A stretch of DNA of 64,000 nt, taken from the NCBI GenBank assembly GCA_951406725.2, contig OX597814.1, positions 84,506,001 through 84,570,000 of the forward strand, written 5' to 3'. The position numbers and the translations under genes are program-made. The stretch is from Octopus vulgaris. Its lineage: Eukaryota. This document shows, in pieces, positions 12,402 through 25,497 of the stretch; the stretch's first letter is position 1, and every line of letters begins with the position of its first letter. The notes under the pieces were generated by a model. The model did not search any database and was not told where the DNA came from. It saw only the letters and a list, made by a program, of their open reading frames with translations.

Positions 12402-14031
12402 TATACATATATATATGTTAGAGATTCAGTGAACAAAAAAAAAAGAGAGATTACTTCATTGATAATGATCCAATTTAACCTGATGTAGATAAACAAGTTT
12501 GCACATGCGGCTGAACTATTTTCATCAAGAAACCATAAAATAGATAATTTGTGCATCTTCATCCATGTGAAACTTCAAAGAAATAATACTTCTGAATATA
12601 TATTGAGTGGAATACATAATAGTAACAATCATACATATCCTAGAAACATTGAAATCAGTTTAAATATAATTCATAAACTTGCATAATAATTTTTATTTTT
12701 TTAAATTAAGAAACATGAAAAGGTTGGTGTTATATTTTCAAACTATCAGCATCCCTAATTAACTTATTTAAGAATTTATTACATAGAAATTTTTACTTCA
12801 CACCAAATTTTCAAACAGCACAATAGAAAATTGAACAGACATATAGTTGTTATGCTTTTAGTAATATCAAAGATTTGAGAGTAAGGAGAAAGAAAAGTAT
12901 AAAAATTAAATAGAGAGGTGAATGATTAAATTTCTACTTAGTAATGAGTTTTAATTTAGATAATTGACATAAAAGAAAACAAACCTTTAAAAAATACTTT
13001 ATAATAGTTAATACTACACATTCTATTTTTATAAAATCTAATTCATGTTCATGCTGTTGTTTTCCTTCAAATTCAATAGAAATAAAAACTTTTTACCATG
13101 CTAACCGATGTTTCTACGAATTAAGATATTGGCACCAACTGAATACATTAATATCCAACTATGAAGTGGACATGGTACATATTTTCAGCTAGGTTTACAG
13201 AAGTAAATGCAATGAGGTCTAAGCAACAGAATATTCTGGACCCAAAGCCCAGTACCTTAACCACAGTCACTGACTCACATGAATACTAAACCATATCAGA
13301 TCTGAAAATTCTTCTCAGTATGCTCAAACAGGCAAGAAACTAATTTATAAAGACAAAAACCAAAGACTTAGCAAAAACTCTTAAACCACATAAATACAAA
13401 AATGTTATGAAGAAATAATTTTCTACACAAAGGATAACTGAAATTAAATTAAGTACTAAAATGGCCCTTAAGCAATACATTGGCACTTCCTGATTAAAAA
13501 ATAGCAATCAGAACTTCAAAAAATTTCCATTGAAAATAACCAGAAATTACATAGAATAAGATATCGTAAAAGTGTCTTTTTGGTTTATAAATAAACCAAT
13601 AAAAGATAATTAACATTTTGGGATTTAAAAAACAAGAGCTTGAGTTCAAACTTTGATTCATCCACCCAATCTTTAGATATACTTGCTTGCTTATAACCTC
13701 ATAGTTCAGTAGTTAAAGTCTTACATATAAAGTTTTAAAATACTTCTAACATCTTACTGTTCATGAAAATCTAAGGTATAAAAACAGTATTTAAGATTTA
13801 GGCACTAACTGCTATAAATATGACATTTGATTATGTACTGCAAAATTAATGTGGCTCCAAGCAGAAATATTATCTAATCACATCTCTAGACTTAAAAACA
13901 GCTATAAAAATAATTACAGTATTCTAAGATGCTTCAAATAACCTTTAGAAAGGCAAACAGAAAACAATGTTCAAAGAGATTTCAATTTGGAATTACTGAA
14001 AACAAATCAAAATATAAAGACTTGCTGATAA

Positions 14032-14111
<80 letters not shown>

Positions 14112-14494
14112 GAAAAAAATGGATCAACTAAAAGAAAAAAGCAAGCTACTTTGTTTTCATGAACTCCAGATGAAGTTAGTTAATTTAGAAATATGATCTA
14201 CTTTAATTCATATGATTAATTTTAACAGTTGTTGATTTGCATATTAAAATAGATACAGGAGACAACTTAGTTAATTAGTGATTCTCAATACATTTTTGAA
14301 GTGCAAGAAATTTTAAAAGAAACATTTTATTATGCAAGGCCATAAGTATGAGGTTAAGTCCATCATGCAAGATAGCATTTTAAGAAATGCAATAATACTA
14401 CTAGAAATGTAAAATTAAATCCAGTAAAATTTATTGTTGGTTAACTTAGGATTAACATATCTGCATTTTAAACAAAACGGAATATATATATAGA

Positions 14495-14544
<50 letters not shown>

Positions 14545-16133
14545 CCATATATGAGAGAGAATAAAACACCTACATTCAACATTTTGTGGCAGACTTTTGG
14601 AATGGCTATAACATTATGGGGGAGGAAAAGGGCAAAGAATTGGGAGACTACTTTTTCGTTTTTGTTTATTTTGTGTTCCATACACTAAAAATTACAATTT
14701 TGAAAGGATTTTATCCCAAAAACATTTCAATTTCCTGTTTCCCATTTCCCTTCCATGTCTTTTTCCTTCCTCATGTGGTACTGATAGCTATTCTGAAAGG
14801 CCACCCATTTATTATTTCTGCAGTTTATTTCACTGGCATGTTTTGATTTGACTTCCACTTGATTAGATCCTGAATTATTTTCCTAATATAAAGTAGAGAC
14901 AGGTCATACAATTCTGTCAGACCATTTGAAAAGAAATCTGTTTGTAGTTTACTATATGATTTATTAGGTTCAATAGATTTATTTATGGTGAGTCCATGAG
15001 TTCTCGTCCTACCGGGTTCTCTCATATATGTACTCCTTATAGTGCATGTTACATTTTGGTAATATTAAATTCAATATGTAGTCAATCAATTCTAATTTTA
15101 AATGTGACTAGGCCTTCATAACATTGACAATTTGCTAAGCAGACAGTTGCTGCATTGTTCATGCTTGCAACTAAGAATAAATCAAAAGTGTTCAAGTTGC
15201 CAAAATTAATCCAAAGGTACTAGATTATAGACTGGATTTTTCTTTCTGACATAGAATGGGTGTTTTTTTTTATTATTATTACATGGAAAATAGTAGACTA
15301 AAGGTAAACAGCATAAATGAAGGCTCAAACGTATGTCTCAGTGAGAAACTTTTAATTAATTTGAATATATAAAAAATTTAAGAGTAATATATTCAACTAA
15401 TTAGGTACATTGCAGCTTCATTTCTTTCTAGATATAACATTTGCCTCCATTTTGAAAAAAGTAAACAACTAACAACTAGAAATTAAACTTGTCAACATAC
15501 TCAGCTGACAAAGAGATTGGCACTACCTGAAAAACAGATAAACGATAACATTTTCAATGTTAGAATACAATGCTTTGGAAGCATCTCTCATACTTTATCA
15601 AATATTAACAATTTATTTTCTTTTGACTATTAAGCGTTAAGGCACATTTAATTGAAGAAAATTTGTCAATTATATCAATCCTAGGACTTATTCACTTCAA
15701 AATTTAAAGCAGAATCAATTCCAACACGATTTTATCAGCAAACCAAATCAGACAAACATGAAATAACTAAAATATATTTATAGTATAATAGCACTGCATA
15801 GCTTTGAGTAGTTTGTGCAGTCATATCTCAAAAAAAAAAAAAAAAAAAAGAAGTGGGGGCGAGTTTTGGTGATAGACCTGTAATAGCATAAGCAGAAGTG
15901 GGGTCATGTCACCATATTTGTAAAATGTTTGAGGCATCACCATTTTTAGTTCAATTAGCTATCTTATAAAATTTATTCATAAAAATATTATGAAATATGA
16001 ACAAAAGCAAATTTATGATTTTGAGAAGGTGAAAATTTGTTACCAATACACATTAAGTGTGTGTATATATATATATATCGGTGAGTGTATTAATTAATTA
16101 GGCGTTAAAACAGAATGACTCTCCCCAGACATA

Positions 16134-16160
<27 letters not shown>

Positions 16161-16164
<4 letters not shown>

Positions 16165-16620
16165 TTATAAGTAAGGGCAAAAGAAAAAAATTCTAATGCC
16201 AAAATATGCTGAAAATAGAGACAATGTCAATAACCATGTAATTAATCACTACAAGCACGTGTTTCAAAGAAAGCCGACAGAAATTTCTAAAAAATTCCGT
16301 TATTACCATATCGGACCCGATTTCAGAGTTAGTTCATAAGAACCTTCTCTTCATCAGTGATAAATGCAGTAAAGAAATAAGTGAAATACTTACTTATACC
16401 CAGGTATAAGTAAGTATTTCACTTATTTCTTACTAAGGTTCTTATGAACCAACTCTGAAATCGGGTCCAATATGGTAATAACGGAATTTTTTAGAAATTT
16501 CTGTCGGCTTTCTTTGAAACACATGCTTGTAGTGATAAATTACATGGTTATTGACGTTATGTCTATTTTCGGCATATTTTGGCATTAGAAATTTTTTCTT
16601 TTGCCCTTACTTATAAATTG
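16161..16620. repeat. About 460-bp near-perfect fold-back palindrome resembling a Penelope pseudo-LTR
   Basis: CAATTTATAAGTAAGGGCAAAAG...CTTTTGCCCTTACTTATAAATTG, centre near 16401. Confidence 0.9.
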
Positions 16621-18299
16621 TTTATAAATTTAACATTACTTCCCCAAAATAAAAATAAATAAATAAATAAAACAACTGCAATAGTAATGCTACCCTCCAG
16701 TACTCTTAGAATTGGTAATATGTAAGAGAAGGGAGAAAACAAACACTAGTGTAAGGTCTTAGAGTGGAAATCATACAAAGTGCTTGCAGGTTTGTTTTGA
16801 AAACAAAAATTTTAATGAAAACCTAGAATAGGATTTTACCACACACACACAGTTTAATTGTAATTAAAAAAAAAACTTAGTTTGGAAAAGAGGGTGTTAA
16901 TGTAGGAGTTTCGCATATATATTTAACCAAAAATGTTATCTAAAATATTAGTTTTATCCAACATTTGTTAACCGATTAGGTTAATTGAGGTAACAATAGG
17001 TACCAGCTTTGAATTTCACAGGAAATATATATATATATATATATATACACATGCACGCATGCAATTTAATTTGCTTGTGTATTTTCAAGCCTCTAAAATT
17101 ATACATCAAATTCATTTGTAAAACAAAGATAAAAAGTAAAGGAAAAACATGTAAAAAAAAAAAAAACTGTCTGTATGCCACTGTCTTTGCATGGTCATTC
17201 AACCTGCTGAGAATGAGTCAAATCTCAACTGGGACTCGTCTTTATAAGTAACAAAAACAACATTAAATGTGTATCCAAAAAAAATCATTATTGAACTAAT
17301 TAACTTTCATTACATTTAGCTTCCAACTCAAGTCCATTAACCCAAAAATTTCATAAAAATCGGTAAACGTTTAAAAGTTTCTTTTGTTTTCAGATTGCCC
17401 TAGCATATTTAATATTGTACATATCATTCTTTCAACCCTGATATAACGCTACTTATTATAAATAAATTGTAGGGCCTCATTTGGCCCTGCTTGGATTTGA
17501 AAACAAATCCACCCACTTGTTGCTTGCAAAGACAGCAGGGAAACTTCTCTGTTCTGTCAAGAGGAAACAGTCTCCACCACCCCTCCAACCTTTCTTTTCT
17601 AGAAAAAAGTGGCTTGCAGCGGGTTTGGAGGTTAGATACACCTGAAAAAAAATACTGTGGAAAAAAATTATTCCACACCGAGGTACAAAATATTTACCAA
17701 AAGAATAAAATCTTGTACCAATTATACCTGTATTTTAATTAATTCAAATTAATGTACCTCATCTTGAAAAGTGGCAAAAGTTTTGTCAAACAGGTAAGAT
17801 CCAATAAGAATTTCAATTTTAGTGTTTATCCATAATGCTATTGTTTTTATACCTGTTAATTAAATTTACCTGCCCATAAGATCAACAAGATCAGCTAAAA
17901 TCACAACTATAAATCAGTGGTATATAAAGCACCCACTGACAAAATTTCAAATCTATGTAAAAAATTTAGTTACAAGCAAATATGGTGGACACCCCTCTTG
18001 ACCCTGAATAATTCAAAATAACGTAAACAAATAAGCATTACATCTGACAGGTTAATATGAACACTATAGATGTTTTTTTTTTCTTACACACACATAACAC
18101 GGCCTCACTCGGTTGGGACTTCACGTGTGTTACTTTGACATCATCATTCCATAAAATTTGTTTATGGGAAGAATACTGAAAAATATCAATAGATGTGTAA
18201 ATGATGAAGAAATTAGGAGGGAGATTTGGGGATGTGCTAGAAACAGCCAGATCTCCCTTAAATCACACATTTTCCTCTGAAATTATTAACAATTTGTTT

Positions 18300-18988
18300 T
18301 TTAAACCGAAAATGTTTCTCTCGCGAGTTTTAAGTGCGTAGTGAAAATAACAATGGCCAAAATCTTTTCGGACTGAAGTGGTGAGGGGTGGCGGGAGTGA
18401 CAAAATTTTTCAAAATATTTCCTTTTTTTTCGTGAATGATGCCTCGCATCATTCTGAAGACTTTGGTGAAAAACATTGGCAAAAAATCCCCGTCAAAACG
18501 GAGAAAATCCAACTTAAGTGGGCCGTCTGATCCGAAACTCAGTTTTCCAGAAATTCCTCCCTATCCCCGCCCCCTTCCAAAAATGTTGCCTACAGATTTC
18601 TTTGTAATCGTAATCTACATCGCTTCAAAGGTTTTGTATAAAATTTCATTAAAAAATACCTATTTTCCAGAAAGTTATGAGCGGGGAAATGTCGGGTCCT
18701 GTGAATTTTCCGAAATTCCTCTCCTCAACCCCTTCGAAAAAAATTTTTTTCCAACAAATCTTTACATGTTATAATCTACAGGATATAAGCGTTTTTTTTT
18801 TGGGGGGGGGGGGGAAGTTTCGTTTAAAAGTATCCATTTTTCTGGAAGTTATGAAGCAACAAAGTCGGTGGGGTATTAAACTGTGCTTATGTCTTTTTTC
18901 AATAAAAGTTAACAGATTAACGTTAATTTCCGTTACATTTTCAAAGAATTAACGAAGTTAACTTTTTGATTAACGGTGCCCACCTCTG
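18300..18988. mobile_element. Relatively young DNA-transposon fragment with a hAT-like end
   Basis: CpG not depleted; ends in GTGCCCACCTCTG with subterminal TTAAC repeats. Confidence 0.4.
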
Positions 18989-20203
18989 CATATAAAAATA
19001 AGTAAAAGAAATATATTGGATTATCATAACCAGGGTGTCTGATTGATATTCTGGCATTGAACCTAAATATAAGATGACCTGGTACTAAACATCTGATTGT
19101 AAAAAATAAATAAATAAAATAAAAATAGTGAGAAGTATTAACTCATTTCAGACTTTAAGGTCTAGCCAAAAACTAGTCTTCACAACTACATGGAGGTACT
19201 TTTATAATAGATCGAAAACATTTTGAATTGCTTTCTTACAAACTGTAGACTTCCAACAAAATTTACAAATTTAAATGTTTATTTTTAAAATATATTTCTA
19301 AATATTGGTAGTTCTATAATAAATCAATCAAAAAGAATGACAATTTAAAATGAAATTTTCAACTCGACATTTTTCCCCAATGAAATAAATGGCTAAAGAA
19401 AAAAAAACTATTTAAAAAAACAATGTAAAAATTATAAGAAAAATATTAAATATTCAATGGCACTAAGAATAGTATATATATTTAATGGCGCTAAAAAACC
19501 TTCCTAACACCTGAGAAACTGAAGGTACCATCACAGAACTATGAGAATCTCTAAGCAGTAGATCAAAATGCTAGAAATAGAAGCCAAATCTCCTTCAGAC
19601 AACACTCCATCATTTTAAAATGGAAACATTGTATAATCGGATAGCTGACATTTTATTCAACAAGAAGTACGGAAGACAACTCGATGTCATAAATCGATAT
19701 TGGGTAATGGTAGGCAGCAGACAGTTGAGGGCAAAACATAATGGCTTTGCATATCAAAGCAACTAGCTTAATTAAAATTCGAAACATTGATCTACTCACC
19801 ACAGTGCTTAGAGAGCGCTACAATTGACAGTGAGAAGAGTTTCAATTCTTAATTAATTCTTAATTAGCTCCGGCGAATTTGTTCTAATTTCAAACTATTC
19901 TTCACTAATTTATATGATTTCATTTTTTTTTAAATATATGCAACAAGGAGATGAAAATAAGATTTATTCTGACACAAAGAAAATAACACATAAATATAAA
20001 CCAAAGCCAATTTATATTAATATACAAATATATATGGGGGGAAAAACTAATGTAGTTATTGAATAAAATTAATAAGCCATTATATTATCATTACTCAATA
20101 GTTTTCATGTTAGATTGTCTTGGCTGTTTGACAATGCCAACTTGCATACAAGCTTTCAACAACTGAAATTCACAAGTTGTATATGTCTAGCTTCATCTGT
20201 CTA

Positions 20204-20205
<2 letters not shown>

Positions 20206-20250
<45 letters not shown>

Positions 20251-20259
20251 TACATACAT

Positions 20260-20332
<73 letters not shown>

Positions 20333-20467
20333 TATATATATATATACACACATATATATATATATACACACACACATATATATATATATATACACACATA
20401 TATATATATATATATACACACATATATATATATATATACACACATATATATATATATATATACACAC

Positions 20468-20498
<31 letters not shown>

Positions 20499-20561
20499 TA
20501 TATATATATATACACACATATATATATATATATATACACATATATATATATATATATACAC

Positions 20562-20596
<35 letters not shown>

Positions 20597-20673
20597 GATA
20601 TATACACACACACATACATATACACACACATATATATATATATATATACACACACATATATATATATATATAT

Positions 20674-20713
<40 letters not shown>
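20206..20713. repeat. Compound (AT)n/(AC)n microsatellite of about 500 bp
   Basis: Directly visible; source of the spurious YI/CV-rich ORFs. Confidence 0.98.
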
Positions 20714-20717
<4 letters not shown>

Positions 20718-21339
20718 CAAATCGTTTGAGTGCGGGGGGTGCTTATTCCGATATCCCGCCAACATCTCTTTTCAAAAATATAACGTATTTTTTTTTCCAT
20801 GAATTTTAAAAAAATTTTACTCATAAAAATGAAAAAAATTACAGGTAAATTAATCGTTAAATTATGTTAATCGGTCAAGGAAGCTAATCAATATTATAAT
20901 TTGTTTGCATGAAAGACATGATGTGATAAAGGTAAAGAAAATAGAAATAAAAGGAGATAATGGAATACATTATGAAGTATTACAAAAACGAAGGCACCAC
21001 TCACTACCACGACACGAGTATGCCATCGATTTCACTTTCATTATTAAATATTTTCTTTAAATACTAATCTAAAGACAATCGCTTTTTGACCAAAATTACC
21101 TTCTGATGGAAGACACGGCCTACATTAATTAATAAATGCGATCTTGACTAAAACACAAGTCAACGAGCGAAAATGGTTGTTCTTCATTAATGAATCTTTG
21201 TAGAAGCGTTACTTTGTCCATAACATAATTGTGGTAAACGACGAAACAAGAGGGTCTACATAATGATAAAGATCGATAAAAATAGATCGATGCAGTTATT
21301 GAAAATGTGAATGGAGACGATAGAAAAATAGAAAAAATT

Positions 21340-21371
<32 letters not shown>

Positions 21372-22565
21372 TATTTGAATGGATAAAAAAAGTACTCGAG
21401 AGAATGTTGACAATTAGCATAATCTAGAAGATTCACATGAACTGGACCAAAGATATAGCATAGTTTTCTTTTTTAATTCAACGATGTCAATTTAAGAACC
21501 ATTACTCTTTACCAGCTTGAAAGGATTGCGGACCAAACGGTTTAAGATATATTTATAAGGGTTACACTAGTGAAATGTTCGAAACATTTATTCATCAAAT
21601 TTATGGCGATTCTAAACGAATATTCCCTTTCATTCCTGCCCTCCTCCACTTTTTTTTTTTTTACCGATTTTTCACTTTTCTTGCATACAATTTTTAAGGA
21701 GAACCAATTAAAAGAACAGTACGAATGGAGCAAAAACAGGATAGGGTGGAAAGTAAATTTATTACATTATGTTGTTAATTACTAATACAATTATCTCAAA
21801 TGCCTTTTCACCAGCTGATTATAAAGGTATCTTTATGCCATTTCCATTCAAATTCCCTTAATTTTAGCTAGACTTTACGATGCTCCACTTTTTCTTTTTT
21901 ACCTAACTCCACAACGATTCGACTCCTTGTACACAAGGAGAATTCTAGATTCTATGACAACGAACAAGGGAAAATGTAAAGAGACATTTCTTTTATACGC
22001 CAAATGTACTAATTTAATTTCAATTTTTCTCTTTCATTGTATAATCTCTCTTCTTAAAATATTCATTATTGGGTACCACTGATATATATATATGTATATA
22101 TATCGAAGTACACAGTATTATAGAGCCATTACAGCCGATATTGTGTACTTCGATTAATATACCCACTCAAGTGACAAATACACGAGTGCATATTTTTTCT
22201 GACTTATAGTTTCTTAGACACACACACACACATATATATATAGGCGGACCTGGTACAGTCCCCACCACCACCACCTCCGAAACTGACCGCCTATATATAA
22301 TCGTCTAAGAATCCGTAAGTCAGAAAATGGATCTATAATACTGCATACTTTGAGATACAATGATATTCAGCGCAGAAGGTGAATTTTTCCACTGGATCTA
22401 CTCCATTCCCTAATTTTTAGATATTTATATATAATTCGAGTGAATAATTCGATCAAGTGGCGTCATGTGAATTGAATAATAAGAGGCAACCACAGTGAAA
22501 TACATAAACGGGGAGGGGGGAACCAACAAAAAATTTTATGCAGAATGAGTTACTAAATAACCTAC

Positions 22566-22800
22566 CGGATAAAGAATAAGATGATGAATCGGAAGAATTT
22601 AGTTTGGCATGCAACTTGCAGAAGTAATAAGGACCGCTCCAGGTTGCCGAAGAAACGAGTGGCAGTTGGTGCAATGTTAACAAATGTGGTGGCAGGATGG
22701 CAACTAGAAGCGGGAGTTGATGTTGCCTCCACCAAATAGAAAAAAAAAACAACGTGCGAACAAGTTGGAGGAGTAGTCGAAGTAGAGGTGAATGTTGTAG
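22566..22800 (-). other. DGCR8: Putative first exon of DGCR8 (5' end approximate)
   Basis: Donor CCG|GTAGGT after 22566 within a CpG-retaining region, next to an ETS-like motif. Confidence 0.5.
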
Positions 22801-22815
22801 TAGGCGGAAGTATTT
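22800..22815. promoter_or_regulatory. ETS/GABP-like motif GGCGGAAGT in the putative DGCR8 promoter
   Basis: Motif at 22803-22811 in a CpG-rich zone adjacent to the candidate first exon. Confidence 0.35.
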
Positions 22816-24664
22816 TCAAAAATCTCCAAAGGTGATACTATAGTAAAAATTCTTCAGGGCTTTAGTTTCGTATAATTATTACAATGAAAAACGAAGATAT
22901 ATCACTAATGCCTTTTTTTTTTTTTTTTGGCGTTCACTGAAAATCATATGGATTATCAAATATATTTTAAAGGGATCCCCTGATGTGTGTGTATGTATAT
23001 ATATATCGGTGCTCCGGCATGGCTACAGTCATTGGACTGAAACATAAAAGAATATATATATATTTATATATGGGGGGTGGGTTAGCTTGCTGGAAATAGC
23101 AGGCATCTCTTCCTCAAATCGCACAAATAAAAACAATATATACATTTGATCGTGTTGTCCCTAATATACAAGATCTCCGGGATAGTCACGACTGGAGCTG
23201 CCTTTGATGATAAGCCTACTCAACCAGAGTAGTGTGAGACTGAAAAGGAAAATGTAGATTTCCCCATTGTTGTTGGTTTCATTTCCTCTAATATTGCATT
23301 TATATTCCGAAATCACAAGATATCGCCATAATTTCACCAATGTTTTAGTCTAAGAAATTTTTATTATATAAATTCTATGAACCAGAAATATTCTCAACTC
23401 GTGTATATATATATATTCATATATATTCTGAAAGCAACAGATGATAATAAAGTAACATTTTATACTGTAGCCCTAACTTCAGAATTAACATCTTTTTTAA
23501 TAATTGTTGTTATTCTACAAGCATTTTTGTTTTTTATTTTTTATGGTAAAATTTCGTATCTAGTTATATCTTCATTGAAGAAGAAAAAAACTAAAAGCAG
23601 TTAATGTATTAAATAGTCGGCGATCAAAGGCAGTATCAAAAGGAATCTCTTCTTTTTTTCCTGTACATATTAAAAATGTTATTTTCTCTGCAATCAAATG
23701 TAATTTACTTTCACTTCACTGTATAATTAAATTAAAAATAGAATATCTAATGAAAATGTTCAATAAAATCGTAAATCACGAAGCTATCCATCGAAATAGG
23801 TTTGGTAAAATAAACAGAACAAAGAAAACTCGAAAACAGTAGAAATATTACTTTAATTTTTAATCAGCGGTAATTACAAAGTGACTTAATGGCCGAGAGT
23901 TTCGTCTATACCTTGACGAAACTCGCGGTCCTTAGTCATTTCATAACTTTTGTCGATTAAAATCGACAATTCATTTATAAAATATTGTGCTGCAGCCGAT
24001 AAATTTGTCATCGTTCATATTTCACACCATTATTATTATACATATTACACTAATTATATATATAGATATACATATGTGTGTGTACATGGTTCGTCTCGTT
24101 ATTCTATTTTAAGATACAAAAACGTGATATTTTTCGCATACGTATTATAATACAAAAATTATGTTGACATTTTATGCAACTCATGTGTATTATTAGTTCA
24201 TAAGCAACTTAAAACATTATTTGTTGGCTTCAATCTTTATATTTCTTTAATTAATTTTCATAACTGTTAGTATCAATTTCTGAGACTGTTGGGTAAAATA
24301 TATCAACCAAAAACAAATGGTTTTATTTCCGACTTATTTCAAGATTTGATACTCTTGTGTTGTTTAATCTTTTATCTCTGACTATATTTACGTTCACCAA
24401 AAACATGTATGATGTTATAATTAGTTTTAAAAATGCCTAAGCCGGTAAAAGATATCGAAAAGAGTGTTTTAGAAATCTAATTCATCATGAAAATAGCTAC
24501 GAGTAGAAGAAAATGGAATCCGTCTATAGAAAGTGGCAGTATTTGTTATAGAAATCAATATCGGAATATATAAAAAAATATATAATCATTAACCTATGAA
24601 CAAAGTTACAAGAAAAATCGACAATATGGTATTTATAAGAATTTTGCGATCCGCAAAAGCAGCT

Positions 24665-24777
24665 GTCAGGATGGCCGAGTGGTCTAAGGCGCCAGACTCA
24701 AGGATAATATCCTTAACCAGAACAATGAGTATTCTGGTCCACGTATGTGGGCGTGGGTTCGAATCCCACTTCTGACA
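24665..24777 (+). tRNA. tRNA-Leu(CAA) with a 29-nt intron (24703-24731)
   Basis: GTCAGGATGGCCGAGTGGTCTAAGGCGCCAGACTCAAG-intron-TTCTGGTCC...GGTTCGAATCCCACTTCTGACA. Intact A and B boxes, long variable arm, T8 terminator at 24782-24789. Confidence 0.97.
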
Positions 24778-25286
24778 AGCATTTTTTTTGTTAATTTTTT
24801 ACAATTTTTTTTTAAGAAAGTGTAATATAAATGCTTTGTTATTTAACTTAGTTTCTGTGAGACGTTTTGTTTATACTTTCTGAACACTATGCATTTTTAT
24901 TAGTTTCAATGAGTCTTCACTTTTTATCTATATTTTTAATTCACCATGTTTAAATTTGTTTGAATAGTGTATTACTCTTTTTTATAAAAACATTATTGAT
25001 GTGCAATGCAAAAGTGCTTGATACAAAATTTTTTATATATGTGCATGTGTATATATATGTGTGTGTATATAGAAATTCTTTATATATGTGCGTGTGTATA
25101 TATACATGTGTGTGTGTGTGTATATATATAATTTTTTAAATATGTGTGTGTATGTATACATATATATGTGTGTGTGTGTATTCTTTTATTCGTTTCAGTC
25201 ATTTGTCTGTGGCCATGCTGGAGCACCGCCTTTAGTCAATCAAATCGGCCCCAAGGGAGAAAGAGAGATGTATATGTGTGTGTATG

Positions 25287-25319
<33 letters not shown>

Positions 25320-25336
25320 TGAGAGAGAGAGAGAGA

Positions 25337-25497
25337 GGAGGGGAGTGGCAGCGTGGATAAGAAACTTCCTTGCTTCCTAACTATGTGGTCTTTGGTTCAA
25401 TCCACTGCTTGGGCACCTTGGACAAATGTCTTCTAGTATAGCCTTGAGTTGCCTAAAGCCTTGTGTGAATGAATTTGACAGAAATGGAGAAAAGCCT
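25337..25497 (+). mobile_element. tRNA-derived CORE-like SINE, family B (related copies at about 5230-5340 +, 28420-28575 -, 35863-36010 -, 50594-50725 +, 63076-63220 +)
   Basis: Shared GGTTCAATCCCACTG...GGCACCTTGGRCAAGTGTCTTC...AAAGCCTTGTGAGTGGATTTG. Confidence 0.75.

Noticed and set aside
20170-20824. 169-207-aa ORFs rich in Y, I, C, V, H and T
   Set aside because: Translation of a dinucleotide microsatellite.
22453-22819. Minus-strand ORFs over the putative first exon
   Set aside because: Low complexity and no homology; they cannot be joined in frame to the DGCR8 CDS through the stop-containing UTR exons.
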